Source: an uncultured bacterium (GTDB lineage: Bacteria; Patescibacteriota; Minisyncoccia; UBA6257; 2-01-FULL-56-20). Taken from it: a stretch of DNA of 64,000 bases. The number at the start of each line of letters is the position of its first letter. Positions within the stretch are counted from its first letter, which is position 1. Below, piece by piece: positions 40,012-49,461 of this stretch. Location: contig OY970358.1 in NCBI GenBank assembly GCA_963718575.1, forward strand, positions 386,172 to 450,171. The letters run 5' to 3'. The notes under the pieces are model-generated. The model did no database searches. It was not told the origin of the DNA and worked only from the letters and a program-made list of their open reading frames with translations. The translations under genes were made by a program, and so were the position numbers.

Positions 40012-40933
40012 TTATCCTTTTTTAATCTTATCGTAGGCGTTCAGGACCGCTTTGACGGAATCTCCCACCGAGATGTTGTTCTGATCGTAGAGCACATCGC
40101 TCACGTCGCCGGCGGCCCAGATGCCCGGGCAAGAAGTTTGCTGGGTCTTGTGATCCACCACCACCTTTCCGAACGCATCAAGCGCCACAAGATCTTTTAC
40201 AAGATCGGAATTTGGCAGAAGCCCGATCTCCACAAACACGCCGTCGAGGGCGAGGTCTTTTGATTCGCCACGTCTTCACGTCCTTATATTTGATGCCATT
40301 CACAAATGCGCCGCCCTTGATCTCTTCAACCACCGCATTCCAAATGATCTCCACTTTTGGATCGCCCTTCACTTTTTCCTGCGTGACCGGATCGCCGCGC
40401 AAAACCTCCGAACGCACGAGTAGATAGATTTTCGACGCATACATCAGAAGGTCTTCAACGCCCTCGAGCGCTGAATTGCCGCCGCCTACGACGGCCACCG
40501 TCTTGCCGCCGAAGAGCGGCGCATCGCACGTGGTGCAGAACACCACGCCCTTGCCGTCGAACTGGTCCTCGCCCGGCACGCCAAGCCGCTTACGGCGCGA
40601 GCCGGAAGCAAGCAGGATATATTTCGTTTCGAGCGTCCTGCCGTTCTTCGTTGTCACGCCGAACGTACCATCGTCACGCTTTGCGACGGCCAGGGCGAGG
40701 TCGCCATCTATAATGTCGATTCCCGCCTGCGCGCGAAGATGTTCCTCCAGTGATTTCGCAAGATCAAACCCCGAGATCGATTTTGTGCCGATCCAGTTCT
40801 GAATATCGTTGGAGACCAAAGACTGCCCGCCGAACGTGTCGGTGACGAGCGCTGTCTTCATTTTCTTGCGCGCGGCGTAGACGCCGGCGGCAACGCCGCC
40901 CGGCCCCCCGCCGATGATGATAAGATCGTACAT
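40012..40933 (-). CDS. trxB: Thioredoxin reductase-like protein, frameshifted near 40270
   Basis: GGGPGG, CTTCDAP, VGGGNSA; continues in a second frame as GVFVEIG..PNS..GIWAAGDV. Confidence 0.85.
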
Positions 40934-40965
40934 TTAATTTCGGTAAAACTTTTTACGTTACTTCA

Positions 40966-41223
40966 CTATGCCGCCGGGGCCGCTGCCTTACCAAGCCCGA
41001 GCAGTCCTTCGATCGTCTTTTGATCGAACCCGATCACAATATTGTTATCGATGTCGATGACCGGCACGCCGAGCTGATGTGATTTTGCCATCATGTCCTC
41101 GCGCGCCTTCATGTCGGATGCAACGTCGTGCTCTTCATATGCAATATTGTTCTTTGCAAAGAATTCCTTTGCCATTTTGCAATAAACGCAGGTCGGAGTG
41201 CTGTAGATAGTTACTTTTGCCAT
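40966..41223 (-). CDS. Glutaredoxin/NrdH-like redoxin
   Basis: YSTPTCVYC, GVPVID, GFD. Confidence 0.9.
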   Translation of the reverse strand: MAKVTIYSTPTCVYCKMAKEFFAKNNIAYEEHDVASDMKAREDMMAKSHQLGVPVIDIDNNIVIGFDQKTIEGLLGLGKAAAPAA

Positions 41224-41246
41224 AGAAGTGGTGATTGAATGATTAA

Positions 41247-41483
41247 TTAAAATTTATTTTGTTCGACGTTGTTCTTTGATCTGCGTTTCCCTTTCTGCGA
41301 TTCTTCCATCACGGGAACTGTCTGCGTCGGTTCTCCGAATATCGTCCACGCGTTCACAAGCACGAGCGCCAGTCCTAATAGGATATTACACCACTTGGCG
41401 ACAGATATATCGGAAAATCCGAATACCCACGGCGAGATAATAATGATAATCCCGATGACAAGCTCCGTCCAATTTTCCGTCAT
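41247..41483 (-). CDS. SPW-repeat membrane protein
   Basis: W...IG..IIISPWVFGF....WCNILLG. Confidence 0.75.
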   Translation of the reverse strand: MTENWTELVIGIIIIISPWVFGFSDISVAKWCNILLGLALVLVNAWTIFGEPTQTVPVMEESQKGKRRSKNNVEQNKF

Positions 41484-41532
41484 GGCTTTATTTTAAAGTT
41501 CGCAGGAGGCAAAGTCAAAGCTATCCCGCCCC

Positions 41533-42324
41533 TTAGCCCTGTAATGCGGAATCCAGCGCCTGCTGGAATGTCGTGTACGGCTCGGCGCCGGTGATCTGCG
41601 CGCCGTTCACGAAGAACATCGGCGTGGAATTGACGCCCGCGCTTGCCGCCGCACCCTTCTCTTGCGCAACCAGATTGCCGTCCGTGTCGTTCTGAACGCA
41701 GCTCGTGAACGTCGTCATATTGAGCCCGACCTGCTGGCCGAGCTTCAGGAGCTCTGCCGTACTGAAGAACCCGTCATCCTCGGTCCCGCCGTTCGCATCA
41801 TCCGCCACCTTGCCGGAGTAGAGCGCATCATGATACGCCCATAGCTTGTTCTGATCTTCGGCACAGTCGGCCGCTTCCGCGGCGGCGGTGGATTCGGCGC
41901 CGAGGAACGCGAAGTTTCGGAACACCATCCTCACCTTGCCGGTATTCACATAGTTCTGGACGATCTGCGGTTCTACCTGGCTGAAGAACTGTCCGCAGAA
42001 CGGACACTGATAGTCGCCGTACTCAATAAGCGTTACTTTGGCATTCGGATTACCGAGGATCGCGTCGCGCGGGCCGAGCGTCATGACCTGTGCGGCACTA
42101 GGCGTCGTGGAAGTTTCTGCAACCACGTTACCGGCTCCGCCGGCTGGTGCCGGCGCCGAACCGACACTCCCTTTGTATAACGTCCCGAAGACGATCGCGC
42201 CGCCCACCACGACCGCGGCAACCAAAATGCTGATCGGCAAAAATAGATCCCTCTTTGGCGCGCCATGTTCGGCGGCTACTTCCGCTTCCGTCTCTTCGAT
42301 TGGCACAGTATCGTATTCGTTCAT
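41533..42324 (-). CDS. DsbA-family oxidoreductase
   Basis: GNPNAKVTLIEYGDYQCPFC, GVNSTPMFFVNG. Confidence 0.9.
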   Translation of the reverse strand: MNEYDTVPIEETEAEVAAEHGAPKRDLFLPISILVAAVVVGGAIVFGTLYKGSVGSAPAPAGGAGNVVAETSTTPSAAQVMTLGPRDAILGNPNAKVTLIEYGDYQCPFCGQFFSQVEPQIVQNYVNTGKVRMVFRNFAFLGAESTAAAEAADCAEDQNKLWAYHDALYSGKVADDANGGTEDDGFFSTAELLKLGQQVGLNMTTFTSCVQNDTDGNLVAQEKGAAASAGVNSTPMFFVNGAQITGAEPYTTFQQALDSALQG

Positions 42325-42369
42325 GATATTTTTATATTTTCTTAATAATACCGCGCTCACGAATGCGCA

Positions 42370-43020
42370 TCAAGTGGGAATGAGTGCGTAATCACGGGGA
42401 AAAAGCTTTGCGGTTATGACATACATGCCATAGACGATAAATGGTGCGGCAAATACGTCGATGGAATAATGCACATGCGCGAGAAGCACGCTTGCGCCGA
42501 AGAAAACGGTCAAAAAGAGGAATACATACCGCAAGTATTTCTTATCCCAGAAAATCAACGCCAAAAGGAACGGGAACGCAGTATGCCCCGAATAAAAGAA
42601 GTTCCCCTGGAACGTGACGAGGTGATAGAGGCGGTACCCGTCATTCGCCGCGCTCGGAGAATAATGCAATGGATAGGGGCCGACGTGGGTAAGACTGAAG
42701 AAAAACGCGCGCGAGATAATATAGAGCGCGATCGCCTTGGTGGAAAAAATAAGATAGTTGGGTTTTACAATTAAAAGCACCCACGCAAACACCCAGAGCA
42801 CGATCGCGCCGCCTACGATGACAGGGCTGAGATTCACGAGCGGCAGGTTGTCCAAAAATATGTCCCGGACGCCGGGCGCGTCCACCGCGACGCGCGAGGA
42901 AAACCGCCCCAGCACGACCTGAACGATGACACTGAGCGCAAGGAGAAGAACCCCGAACCACATCGAGCGCTTTCGCGCGGGCGTCCAAAATCCTTTGTGT
43001 TCTTTAAATACCGCGAGCAT
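42370..43020 (-). CDS. PAP2-superfamily membrane protein
   Basis: FFYSGHTAFPF, LLAHVHYSIDVF; the longer ORF overlaps the divergent gene, so the start is taken at 43020. Confidence 0.8.
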   Translation of the reverse strand: MLAVFKEHKGFWTPARKRSMWFGVLLLALSVIVQVVLGRFSSRVAVDAPGVRDIFLDNLPLVNLSPVIVGGAIVLWVFAWVLLIVKPNYLIFSTKAIALYIISRAFFFSLTHVGPYPLHYSPSAANDGYRLYHLVTFQGNFFYSGHTAFPFLLALIFWDKKYLRYVFLFLTVFFGASVLLAHVHYSIDVFAAPFIVYGMYVITAKLFPRDYALIPT

Positions 43021-43038
43021 TCGTATAGTATAACAGGT

Positions 43039-43650
43039 ATGGCACTGATCGACGCGAGTTTTGCAGGCATGGTCCAATGGATTCTTCAGCACGGATACCC
43101 CCTGCTCTTTGTCGTGATGTTGATAGAAGGTCCGGTGGTCACCGCGGCGGCGGCATTTGCAGCAGCGCTGCATTATCTGAACATCTGGATTGTGCTCGCG
43201 CTCTCTATCTTTGCAAACTTCATCCCCGACGTCGTCTACTATGCGATCGGTTATTGGGGAAGGGAAAAACTTATCAATACATATGGCCACTATTTCGGGA
43301 TAACGCCGGAGCGTGTCGCGCTCACCGAGAAGCTGGCGAAGCAGCATTTCGGAAAATCGATGTTCGCGATAAAGATGATCCCGCTGCTTGCCACGCCGGG
43401 ACTCATCATCATCGGAGCGGCGCGCATGGATATTAAAAGATATGCGCTCTGGAGCATCCTCATTATTGTCCCTTCATCATTGTTTTATTTGATCCTCGGC
43501 TATTACTTCGGCGCGGCGTACGCGACGATCCAGCACTATCTCAACCTTGGCGGGTATGTCATCGCGGCGGCGGTTGTGATCGTTATCGCGATCACCTATT
43601 TCCAAAGAAAATATTTCTCCGGGCTTGAGAAAAAGATTGAAGCCGAATAA
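43039..43650 (+). CDS. DedA/VTT family protein
   Basis: HGYPLLF..MLIEGP, DVVYYAIGYWG. Confidence 0.82.
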   Translation: MALIDASFAGMVQWILQHGYPLLFVVMLIEGPVVTAAAAFAAALHYLNIWIVLALSIFANFIPDVVYYAIGYWGREKLINTYGHYFGITPERVALTEKLAKQHFGKSMFAIKMIPLLATPGLIIIGAARMDIKRYALWSILIIVPSSLFYLILGYYFGAAYATIQHYLNLGGYVIAAAVVIVIAITYFQRKYFSGLEKKIEAE

Positions 43651-43651
43651 T

Positions 43652-44851
43652 ATGCGCATCGCGATATACTCGGACAATTTTTACCCCGAACTCTCCGGCA
43701 TTTCGGATTCGGTGATCTCGCTCGCAAGGACGCTCGCCGGGCGCGGGCACGCGATCGCGTTCTTCGTGCCCGCATACGCGCCCGGCGATTACGCTGCGGC
43801 GAACGTGCCGCATCGCGAGCTCGACCTCGGCCCGAACGTGGAGATCCACCGCTTTGCCTCTTTCCCCTATTGCGCGACCGGCACCGGCCATGCCCGCTTT
43901 GTGATACCGATCGGTCTGCGCGCCATGCAAGTATCGCGCTTTCGCCCCGACATCATCCATACACAGCTCTTCTTCGGCGTCGGACTCGAGGCGCTCTTTG
44001 CCGGTCGCGCGCTCGGCCTGCCGGTGGTCGGCACCAACCATACGGCACTCAAAGAATTTCTCAACTACAGCCCGATCAAATCCGCATGGTTCAATACCGC
44101 ACTTCTCGCATATGTGAACTGGTATTACGAACAATGCGCGATCGTCACCGCACCGTCGAAATCGGTGTTCGACGAGATGGTCGCGCTCGGATTTAAAGGC
44201 GCACACACAGAGGTGACGCCGAACCCGATCGACATAATGACGTTTCGTCCGTCGACCGATCGCACGGCGCTCAAGAAAAAATTCGGCTTGAGCGACGCGA
44301 CGGTCATCCATGCAGGACGACTTTCGGATGAGCGCAGCCCGGAGGTGCTTATCAAAGCACTCGCACTCATCAAAAAAAACATCCCGCGCGCGATGCTCGT
44401 TTTTGCCGGAAAGGGGTCGTCCGAACAGAAGCTCCGCGCGCTCGCGGGATCGCTCGGCGTCGCGGACTCCGTAAAATTTCTGGGATTCCTTGACCAGGCG
44501 ACGCTCAACGAGGCATATAACGCGTCCGAAGTGTTCGCGATCGCAAGCACGGCAGACACCCAAAGCATGGTGATGATGCAGGCGATGGCGTCCGGCATCC
44601 CGGTGGTCGGCGTCCGCGCACGCGGCATTCCGGAATACGTCAACGATAAAAATGGTTTTCTTGTGGCACCGAATGATGAGCATGCGATGGCGGAGCGGAT
44701 AGGATTCTTGCTGAACCACCCCGCCGATGCAAAAACGTTGGGCGCGGGCGCGCGAACGTATGCCGAGCGGTTCAGCGAGGATGCCATCGCCGCCCGCTGG
44801 GAGAAGATATATGAAACGGCGATAAAAGACTATAATGAAGGAACCGTATGA
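43652..44851 (+). CDS. GT4 glycosyltransferase
   Basis: MRIAIYSDNFYPELSG, PDIIHT, GRLS.E, AMASGIPVV. Confidence 0.9.
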   Translation: MRIAIYSDNFYPELSGISDSVISLARTLAGRGHAIAFFVPAYAPGDYAAANVPHRELDLGPNVEIHRFASFPYCATGTGHARFVIPIGLRAMQVSRFRPDIIHTQLFFGVGLEALFAGRALGLPVVGTNHTALKEFLNYSPIKSAWFNTALLAYVNWYYEQCAIVTAPSKSVFDEMVALGFKGAHTEVTPNPIDIMTFRPSTDRTALKKKFGLSDATVIHAGRLSDERSPEVLIKALALIKKNIPRAMLVFAGKGSSEQKLRALAGSLGVADSVKFLGFLDQATLNEAYNASEVFAIASTADTQSMVMMQAMASGIPVVGVRARGIPEYVNDKNGFLVAPNDEHAMAERIGFLLNHPADAKTLGAGARTYAERFSEDAIAARWEKIYETAIKDYNEGTV

Positions 44852-46467
44852 AAATAAGTTTCGTCATCCCCGCCTATAACGAAGAGGCATACCTGGGGAA
44901 ATGCCTTGATTCCATCACGAAGGAATCGCGCGGGAAGGAACACGATGTCGAGATCATCGTGGTGAACAACGCCTCGACCGACGATACCCGCGCCGTCGCC
45001 CTGCGCTACCCGAACGTCACGATCGTGGACGAACACCGGAAAGGGATCGTCTTTGCGCGCCAGGCGGGATTTGCCGCGTCGCACGGCGAACTCATCGCGA
45101 ACGTCGATGCCGACACCATGATCACGCCGGGATGGATCGACACCGCGCTCGCGGAATTTAAAAAAAATCCGCGCCTCGTGACACTCTCCGGCCCGTTCAT
45201 CTATTACGACCTTCCGAAGAGCGAACAATTCCTCGTAAAAATATTTTACGGGATCACCTATTGTGCCTATATCATCAACCGGTTCGTATTCCACGTCGGG
45301 TCCGTCGTGCAGGGCGGCAACTTCATCGTGCGCCGCGACGCCCTCAATGAGATCGGCGGGTACGACACGAGCATCGTGTTCTACGGCGAGGATACCGACA
45401 TCGCAAAGCGCATGAGCAAAGCGGGCGACGTCAAATTCACTTTTGCATTGCCGATCTATTCGTCCGGACGCCGCCTCGCAAAGGAAGGCATCCTCACCAT
45501 GGGCACCCGTTACGCACTCAACTATTTCTGGATGACGTTTCAGGGAAAGCCGCTCCATAAGACCTACGCCGAGCCGGGCCATCACCGGAACGGCCACGAC
45601 ATTGTCGTAAGTTTCGTCATCCCCGCCTATAACGAAGAGGGATATATCAAACTCTGCCTCGACACGATCATTCGCGAGATCGGCGGCCGGCCCGGATACG
45701 AGATCGTCGTCGTGGACAACAACTCGAACGATAAGACGTGCGAGATCGTCGCGCATGATTATCCTTCCGTGCAACTTATTCACGAGCCGCGGCGCGGCGC
45801 GAATAGCGCGCGCGAGGCGGGGTTCGTGGTGTCCAGGGGCGAACTCGTCGCATTCCTCGATGCGGATACGGAGCTGATCCCCGGATGGATCGACCGCGCC
45901 GAGCGCGCATTCGCAAAAGATCCGAACCTGGTCTGCATCTCCGGCCCATTCATCTATTACGACCTTCCGTTCGCGGTGCGCGCGCTCGTGCAGGGGTTTT
46001 ATATCGGAACGTACCTCGTCTATCTCGTGAATAATTATATATTCCGAAACACTTCGATGATCCAGGGCGGGACGGAGATCGTGCGGCGCACCGCGCTCGC
46101 AAAGATCGGCGGACATGACGTGAACCTGACGTTCTACGGCGACGATGCAGACCTCGCACGGCGGCTGCGCGCCGTGGGCCACGTGCGATGGTCATTCGAT
46201 TTCGCCATGCGCTCCTCCGGCAGGCGCCTCGCAAAGGAAGGCACCTTCACGATGGGCTGGCGTTATGCGCTCAATTATTTCTGGATCACATTCTTTAATA
46301 AACCGTTCACGATGACCTCCACGGAAGTGCGATTTGCCGACCAAAAGGCAATGGCGTACCGCCCGGAAAGCCGCGCAAAGGAATGGCTGATTGCACTCAG
46401 TACCATTATCGCCTTTTTTATCATCATCGAAGGCCTTATTTACGCATTCTCCCGCTTCCGCTTATAA
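44848..46467 (+). CDS. Tandem double GT2 glycosyltransferase
   Basis: Two copies of SFVIPAYNEE...DADT...SGPFIYYDLP...SSGRRLAKEG. Confidence 0.9.
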   Translation: MKISFVIPAYNEEAYLGKCLDSITKESRGKEHDVEIIVVNNASTDDTRAVALRYPNVTIVDEHRKGIVFARQAGFAASHGELIANVDADTMITPGWIDTALAEFKKNPRLVTLSGPFIYYDLPKSEQFLVKIFYGITYCAYIINRFVFHVGSVVQGGNFIVRRDALNEIGGYDTSIVFYGEDTDIAKRMSKAGDVKFTFALPIYSSGRRLAKEGILTMGTRYALNYFWMTFQGKPLHKTYAEPGHHRNGHDIVVSFVIPAYNEEGYIKLCLDTIIREIGGRPGYEIVVVDNNSNDKTCEIVAHDYPSVQLIHEPRRGANSAREAGFVVSRGELVAFLDADTELIPGWIDRAERAFAKDPNLVCISGPFIYYDLPFAVRALVQGFYIGTYLVYLVNNYIFRNTSMIQGGTEIVRRTALAKIGGHDVNLTFYGDDADLARRLRAVGHVRWSFDFAMRSSGRRLAKEGTFTMGWRYALNYFWITFFNKPFTMTSTEVRFADQKAMAYRPESRAKEWLIALSTIIAFFIIIEGLIYAFSRFRL

Positions 46468-46477
46468 TAAGGACATT

Positions 46478-47815
46478 ATGGATTCTGGGAATAAAGTGAA
46501 GGCATTCCTCTTTTTGCTCGCCGACGTGGCCGCACTCTACGCCGGGCTTTTTATCACGCTTCTCATCCGCTACGGCAGCCAATTCTACACCCAGTTCGTT
46601 GATGCCCACGCGGCACCATTCACCATCCTTTTTATAATCTGGATCCTTGTTTTCTATATCGCCGGGCTCTATGACCTGCGCCGCTTGCGCAACAACCTCG
46701 ACTTCATCAAAACGCTCTTCTTGTGCCTCGGCATCAACGCGGCACTTGCGGTCCTGCTCTTCTATGCGATCCCCGTCTTTGGCATCGCGCCAAAGACAAA
46801 CCTCCTGATCTTCATCGCCATCTTCGCCGTCATCGAGGTTTTTTGGCGGCGCTTCTTAAACCGCGTGATGGCGTTCGGCGGCGCGCCGAATAAAGTGCTG
46901 ATCATCGGTGACGGCCCGATCGGCGCGGAAGTTAAAAAAACCATCATCGAAGCCCCCCAGCTTGGGTACGCCATCAAGGCGGAGATGGATGAAAAGACCG
47001 CGTATGCCGCGCCACGGGAAATAAAATCGATCGCGGAGCGCGAAGGTATCAACCTTATCGTCATCTCCCATAAGCTGAAGCACGAGCCCGCGCTCGTATC
47101 GGTACTTTACGAGCTCTTCGCGAGCGGCATTGTAGTGACGGATCTCGTCAGCTTCTACGAGCTCATCATGCGCAAAGTGCCGCTCGCGGGCATTCAGGAA
47201 ACGTGGTTCCTTGAGAACATCGCACAGCAGGTGAGCTTCTATGATCCATTGAAACGCGCGTCTGAGTTCATCGGCGCGCTCGCGCTCGGCATCATCTTAT
47301 TGCCATTGGAAATTCTGATCGCGCTGCTCGTCGCGATCACTTCGCGCGGTCCGATCATCTACCGCCAGGTGCGCGTCGGAGAAAAGGGGAAGAACTTCAT
47401 GTTCTATAAATTCCGCAGCATGCGCGTGGATGCGGAAGCCGGCGGCGCACAGTGGGCGTCAAAGAACGATGCCCGCACGACGCCGATTGGCGGACTGCTC
47501 CGCGCTTCGCACCTCGACGAACTCCCCCAGCTTTGGAACATCATCCGCGGCGACCTCTCGTTCGTCGGCCCGCGGCCGGAGCGGCCGGAGTTCGTGGAAA
47601 AACTCGCGGCGCGGATCCCGTACTACGAAGCGCGGCTCTTCATCAAGCCCGGCGTCACCGGATGGGCGCAGATCCATCACCGCGCGGACCTCACCGACGA
47701 GGACGTTGCGGAAAAGCTGCAATATGACATCTATTATCTGAAGAATCGTTCACCGATCCTGGACTGGACGATCGTGCTGAAGACGATCAAATCGCTTTTC
47801 GTGAATCCGGAATAA
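46478..47815 (+). CDS. Priming polyprenyl-phosphate sugar-1-phosphate transferase
   Basis: YKFRSM, LDELPQLWNI.RGDLSFVGPRPERP, KPGVTGWAQ. Confidence 0.92.
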   Translation: MDSGNKVKAFLFLLADVAALYAGLFITLLIRYGSQFYTQFVDAHAAPFTILFIIWILVFYIAGLYDLRRLRNNLDFIKTLFLCLGINAALAVLLFYAIPVFGIAPKTNLLIFIAIFAVIEVFWRRFLNRVMAFGGAPNKVLIIGDGPIGAEVKKTIIEAPQLGYAIKAEMDEKTAYAAPREIKSIAEREGINLIVISHKLKHEPALVSVLYELFASGIVVTDLVSFYELIMRKVPLAGIQETWFLENIAQQVSFYDPLKRASEFIGALALGIILLPLEILIALLVAITSRGPIIYRQVRVGEKGKNFMFYKFRSMRVDAEAGGAQWASKNDARTTPIGGLLRASHLDELPQLWNIIRGDLSFVGPRPERPEFVEKLAARIPYYEARLFIKPGVTGWAQIHHRADLTDEDVAEKLQYDIYYLKNRSPILDWTIVLKTIKSLFVNPE

Positions 47816-47958
47816 AAAATCAAAGGGGGACTATCTCTCTACTGCGTAAGCGACCGACGGAAGTCCCACGGGACACGCTCAAACACTCGACAGCCTCCCT
47901 GTTGATTTTCTTAGTGATATAAGATAAATTTCTGATTTTATACTAACATTAAAGAATA

Positions 47959-48888
47959 ATGAAAATAATCGTGACGGGCGGCGCAGGATTCATTGCATCA
48001 CATATCACTGATGTGTATATAAAAGCGGGCCACCGCGTGGTGATAATCGACAACCTCTCCAAGGGCTCACGCAAAAATATCAATCCGAAGGCAAAGTTTT
48101 ATAAGGCGGATATCACCGACCTGGCGCTCATGGAAAGGATATTCAAAGAGGAGTGTCCGGAAATAGTGAACCATCATGCGGCGATCGCGGAAGTCACGCT
48201 CTCGGTGCGCGATCCGATCCCCACACTCACCACAAATGTCCTCGGCACCGCGAACGTACTGCTCGCGTTCGGCCATCATAGCCGCGGCGGCGCGCGCCGA
48301 AAGTTCATTTTCTCCTCCACCGGCGGCGCAATGTATGGAGACCCAAAGCAAATTCCGGTGAAGGAAAATGCCCCCGCCGATCCCCTCTCGCCATACGCGC
48401 TTTCCAAAAAACTCGCCGAGGAAACGATTGTCTTCTATGCAAAACAGTTCGGCTTTGATTATTTCATCTTCCGCTATGCCAATGTGTTCGGCCCGCGACA
48501 GAACCCGCGCGGCGAGGCAGGCATCGTCGCGATCTTCGGAGCGCTGATGAAAAGTGGTAAGTTACCGACGATCTTCGGCGACGGAACAAAGTCGCGCGAC
48601 TATGTCTACGTAGGTGACGTCGCGGCGGCGAACCTGGCCGCACTTCGACGTCCGGCGGCGCGAAATACTACGGTGAATATCGGATGCGGCATTACGACGA
48701 GCGATAAGCAGATGTTTGAGGCGATCGCACACGAAGTGGGATTTGCCCAAAAACCGATCTATGCGCCATACCGTCCTGGGGAAATTTATCGCATTAGCCT
48801 CGATGCCGCGAAGGCCCGCAAGCTATTGGGGTGGAAGCCAAAAGTGGATATTAAAGAAGGGGTTCGAAAAGCACTTATAGAAACTTAA
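47959..48888 (+). CDS. NAD-dependent epimerase (GalE-like)
   Basis: TGGAGFI, SSTGGAMYG, PYALSK, RYANVFGPRQ. Confidence 0.9.
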   Translation: MKIIVTGGAGFIASHITDVYIKAGHRVVIIDNLSKGSRKNINPKAKFYKADITDLALMERIFKEECPEIVNHHAAIAEVTLSVRDPIPTLTTNVLGTANVLLAFGHHSRGGARRKFIFSSTGGAMYGDPKQIPVKENAPADPLSPYALSKKLAEETIVFYAKQFGFDYFIFRYANVFGPRQNPRGEAGIVAIFGALMKSGKLPTIFGDGTKSRDYVYVGDVAAANLAALRRPAARNTTVNIGCGITTSDKQMFEAIAHEVGFAQKPIYAPYRPGEIYRISLDAAKARKLLGWKPKVDIKEGVRKALIET

Positions 48889-49406
48889 CGCTTCCTTCTC
48901 GATTTTGCCCGAGGCGTTAGCGCGGGTCGTCTCGCCGATGCCGCACGCTCAAAATGCTTCGCAAGCAGCCATGAGCTGGACTGTATCTTCCCGCCCTGAC
49001 CGACATTAAAAATCATATCGATATTCAATTCTTTGCAGGTGTGCATATCCTTGCATAACGAAGAATTAGGGTCAGCTGCATTTGCTTCATTGCGATCGCC
49101 GCCGTTCGCGAAAATGGCGGGGTTGACCGCTCGCAGAGTGCGGGAAACGCTCATATCTTTATCGTTAGGCGTATGATTGGTGAGTACCACCCTATCCACC
49201 GCGCGAAGCCCCTCAATCACCTCTTTGCGTTCCTTTTCCGGCATGAACGCAAAACCTTTTTTCTTCTTGAGCCAGTTATCGTTGTTCAAAATAACCACAA
49301 GCTCGTCGCCGAGCGCACGAGCGCTTTCAAACATCCGCACGTGGCCGATATGGATGGGATCGAACCCGCCAGAAACCGCAACCACCACCTTTTTCCTTTT
49401 TGCCAT
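48885..49406 (-). CDS. Cytidylyltransferase-family protein
   Basis: SGGFDPIHIGH, FANGGDR, KIQSSS. Confidence 0.88.
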   Translation of the reverse strand: MAKRKKVVVAVSGGFDPIHIGHVRMFESARALGDELVVILNNDNWLKKKKGFAFMPEKERKEVIEGLRAVDRVVLTNHTPNDKDMSVSRTLRAVNPAIFANGGDRNEANAADPNSSLCKDMHTCKELNIDMIFNVGQGGKIQSSSWLLAKHFERAASARRPALTPRAKSRRKR

Positions 49407-49461
49407 ATTGATTTACGGAAGCCATTTTTTCGGCTATCCTGTATGAGTTAAGTATAACCTC

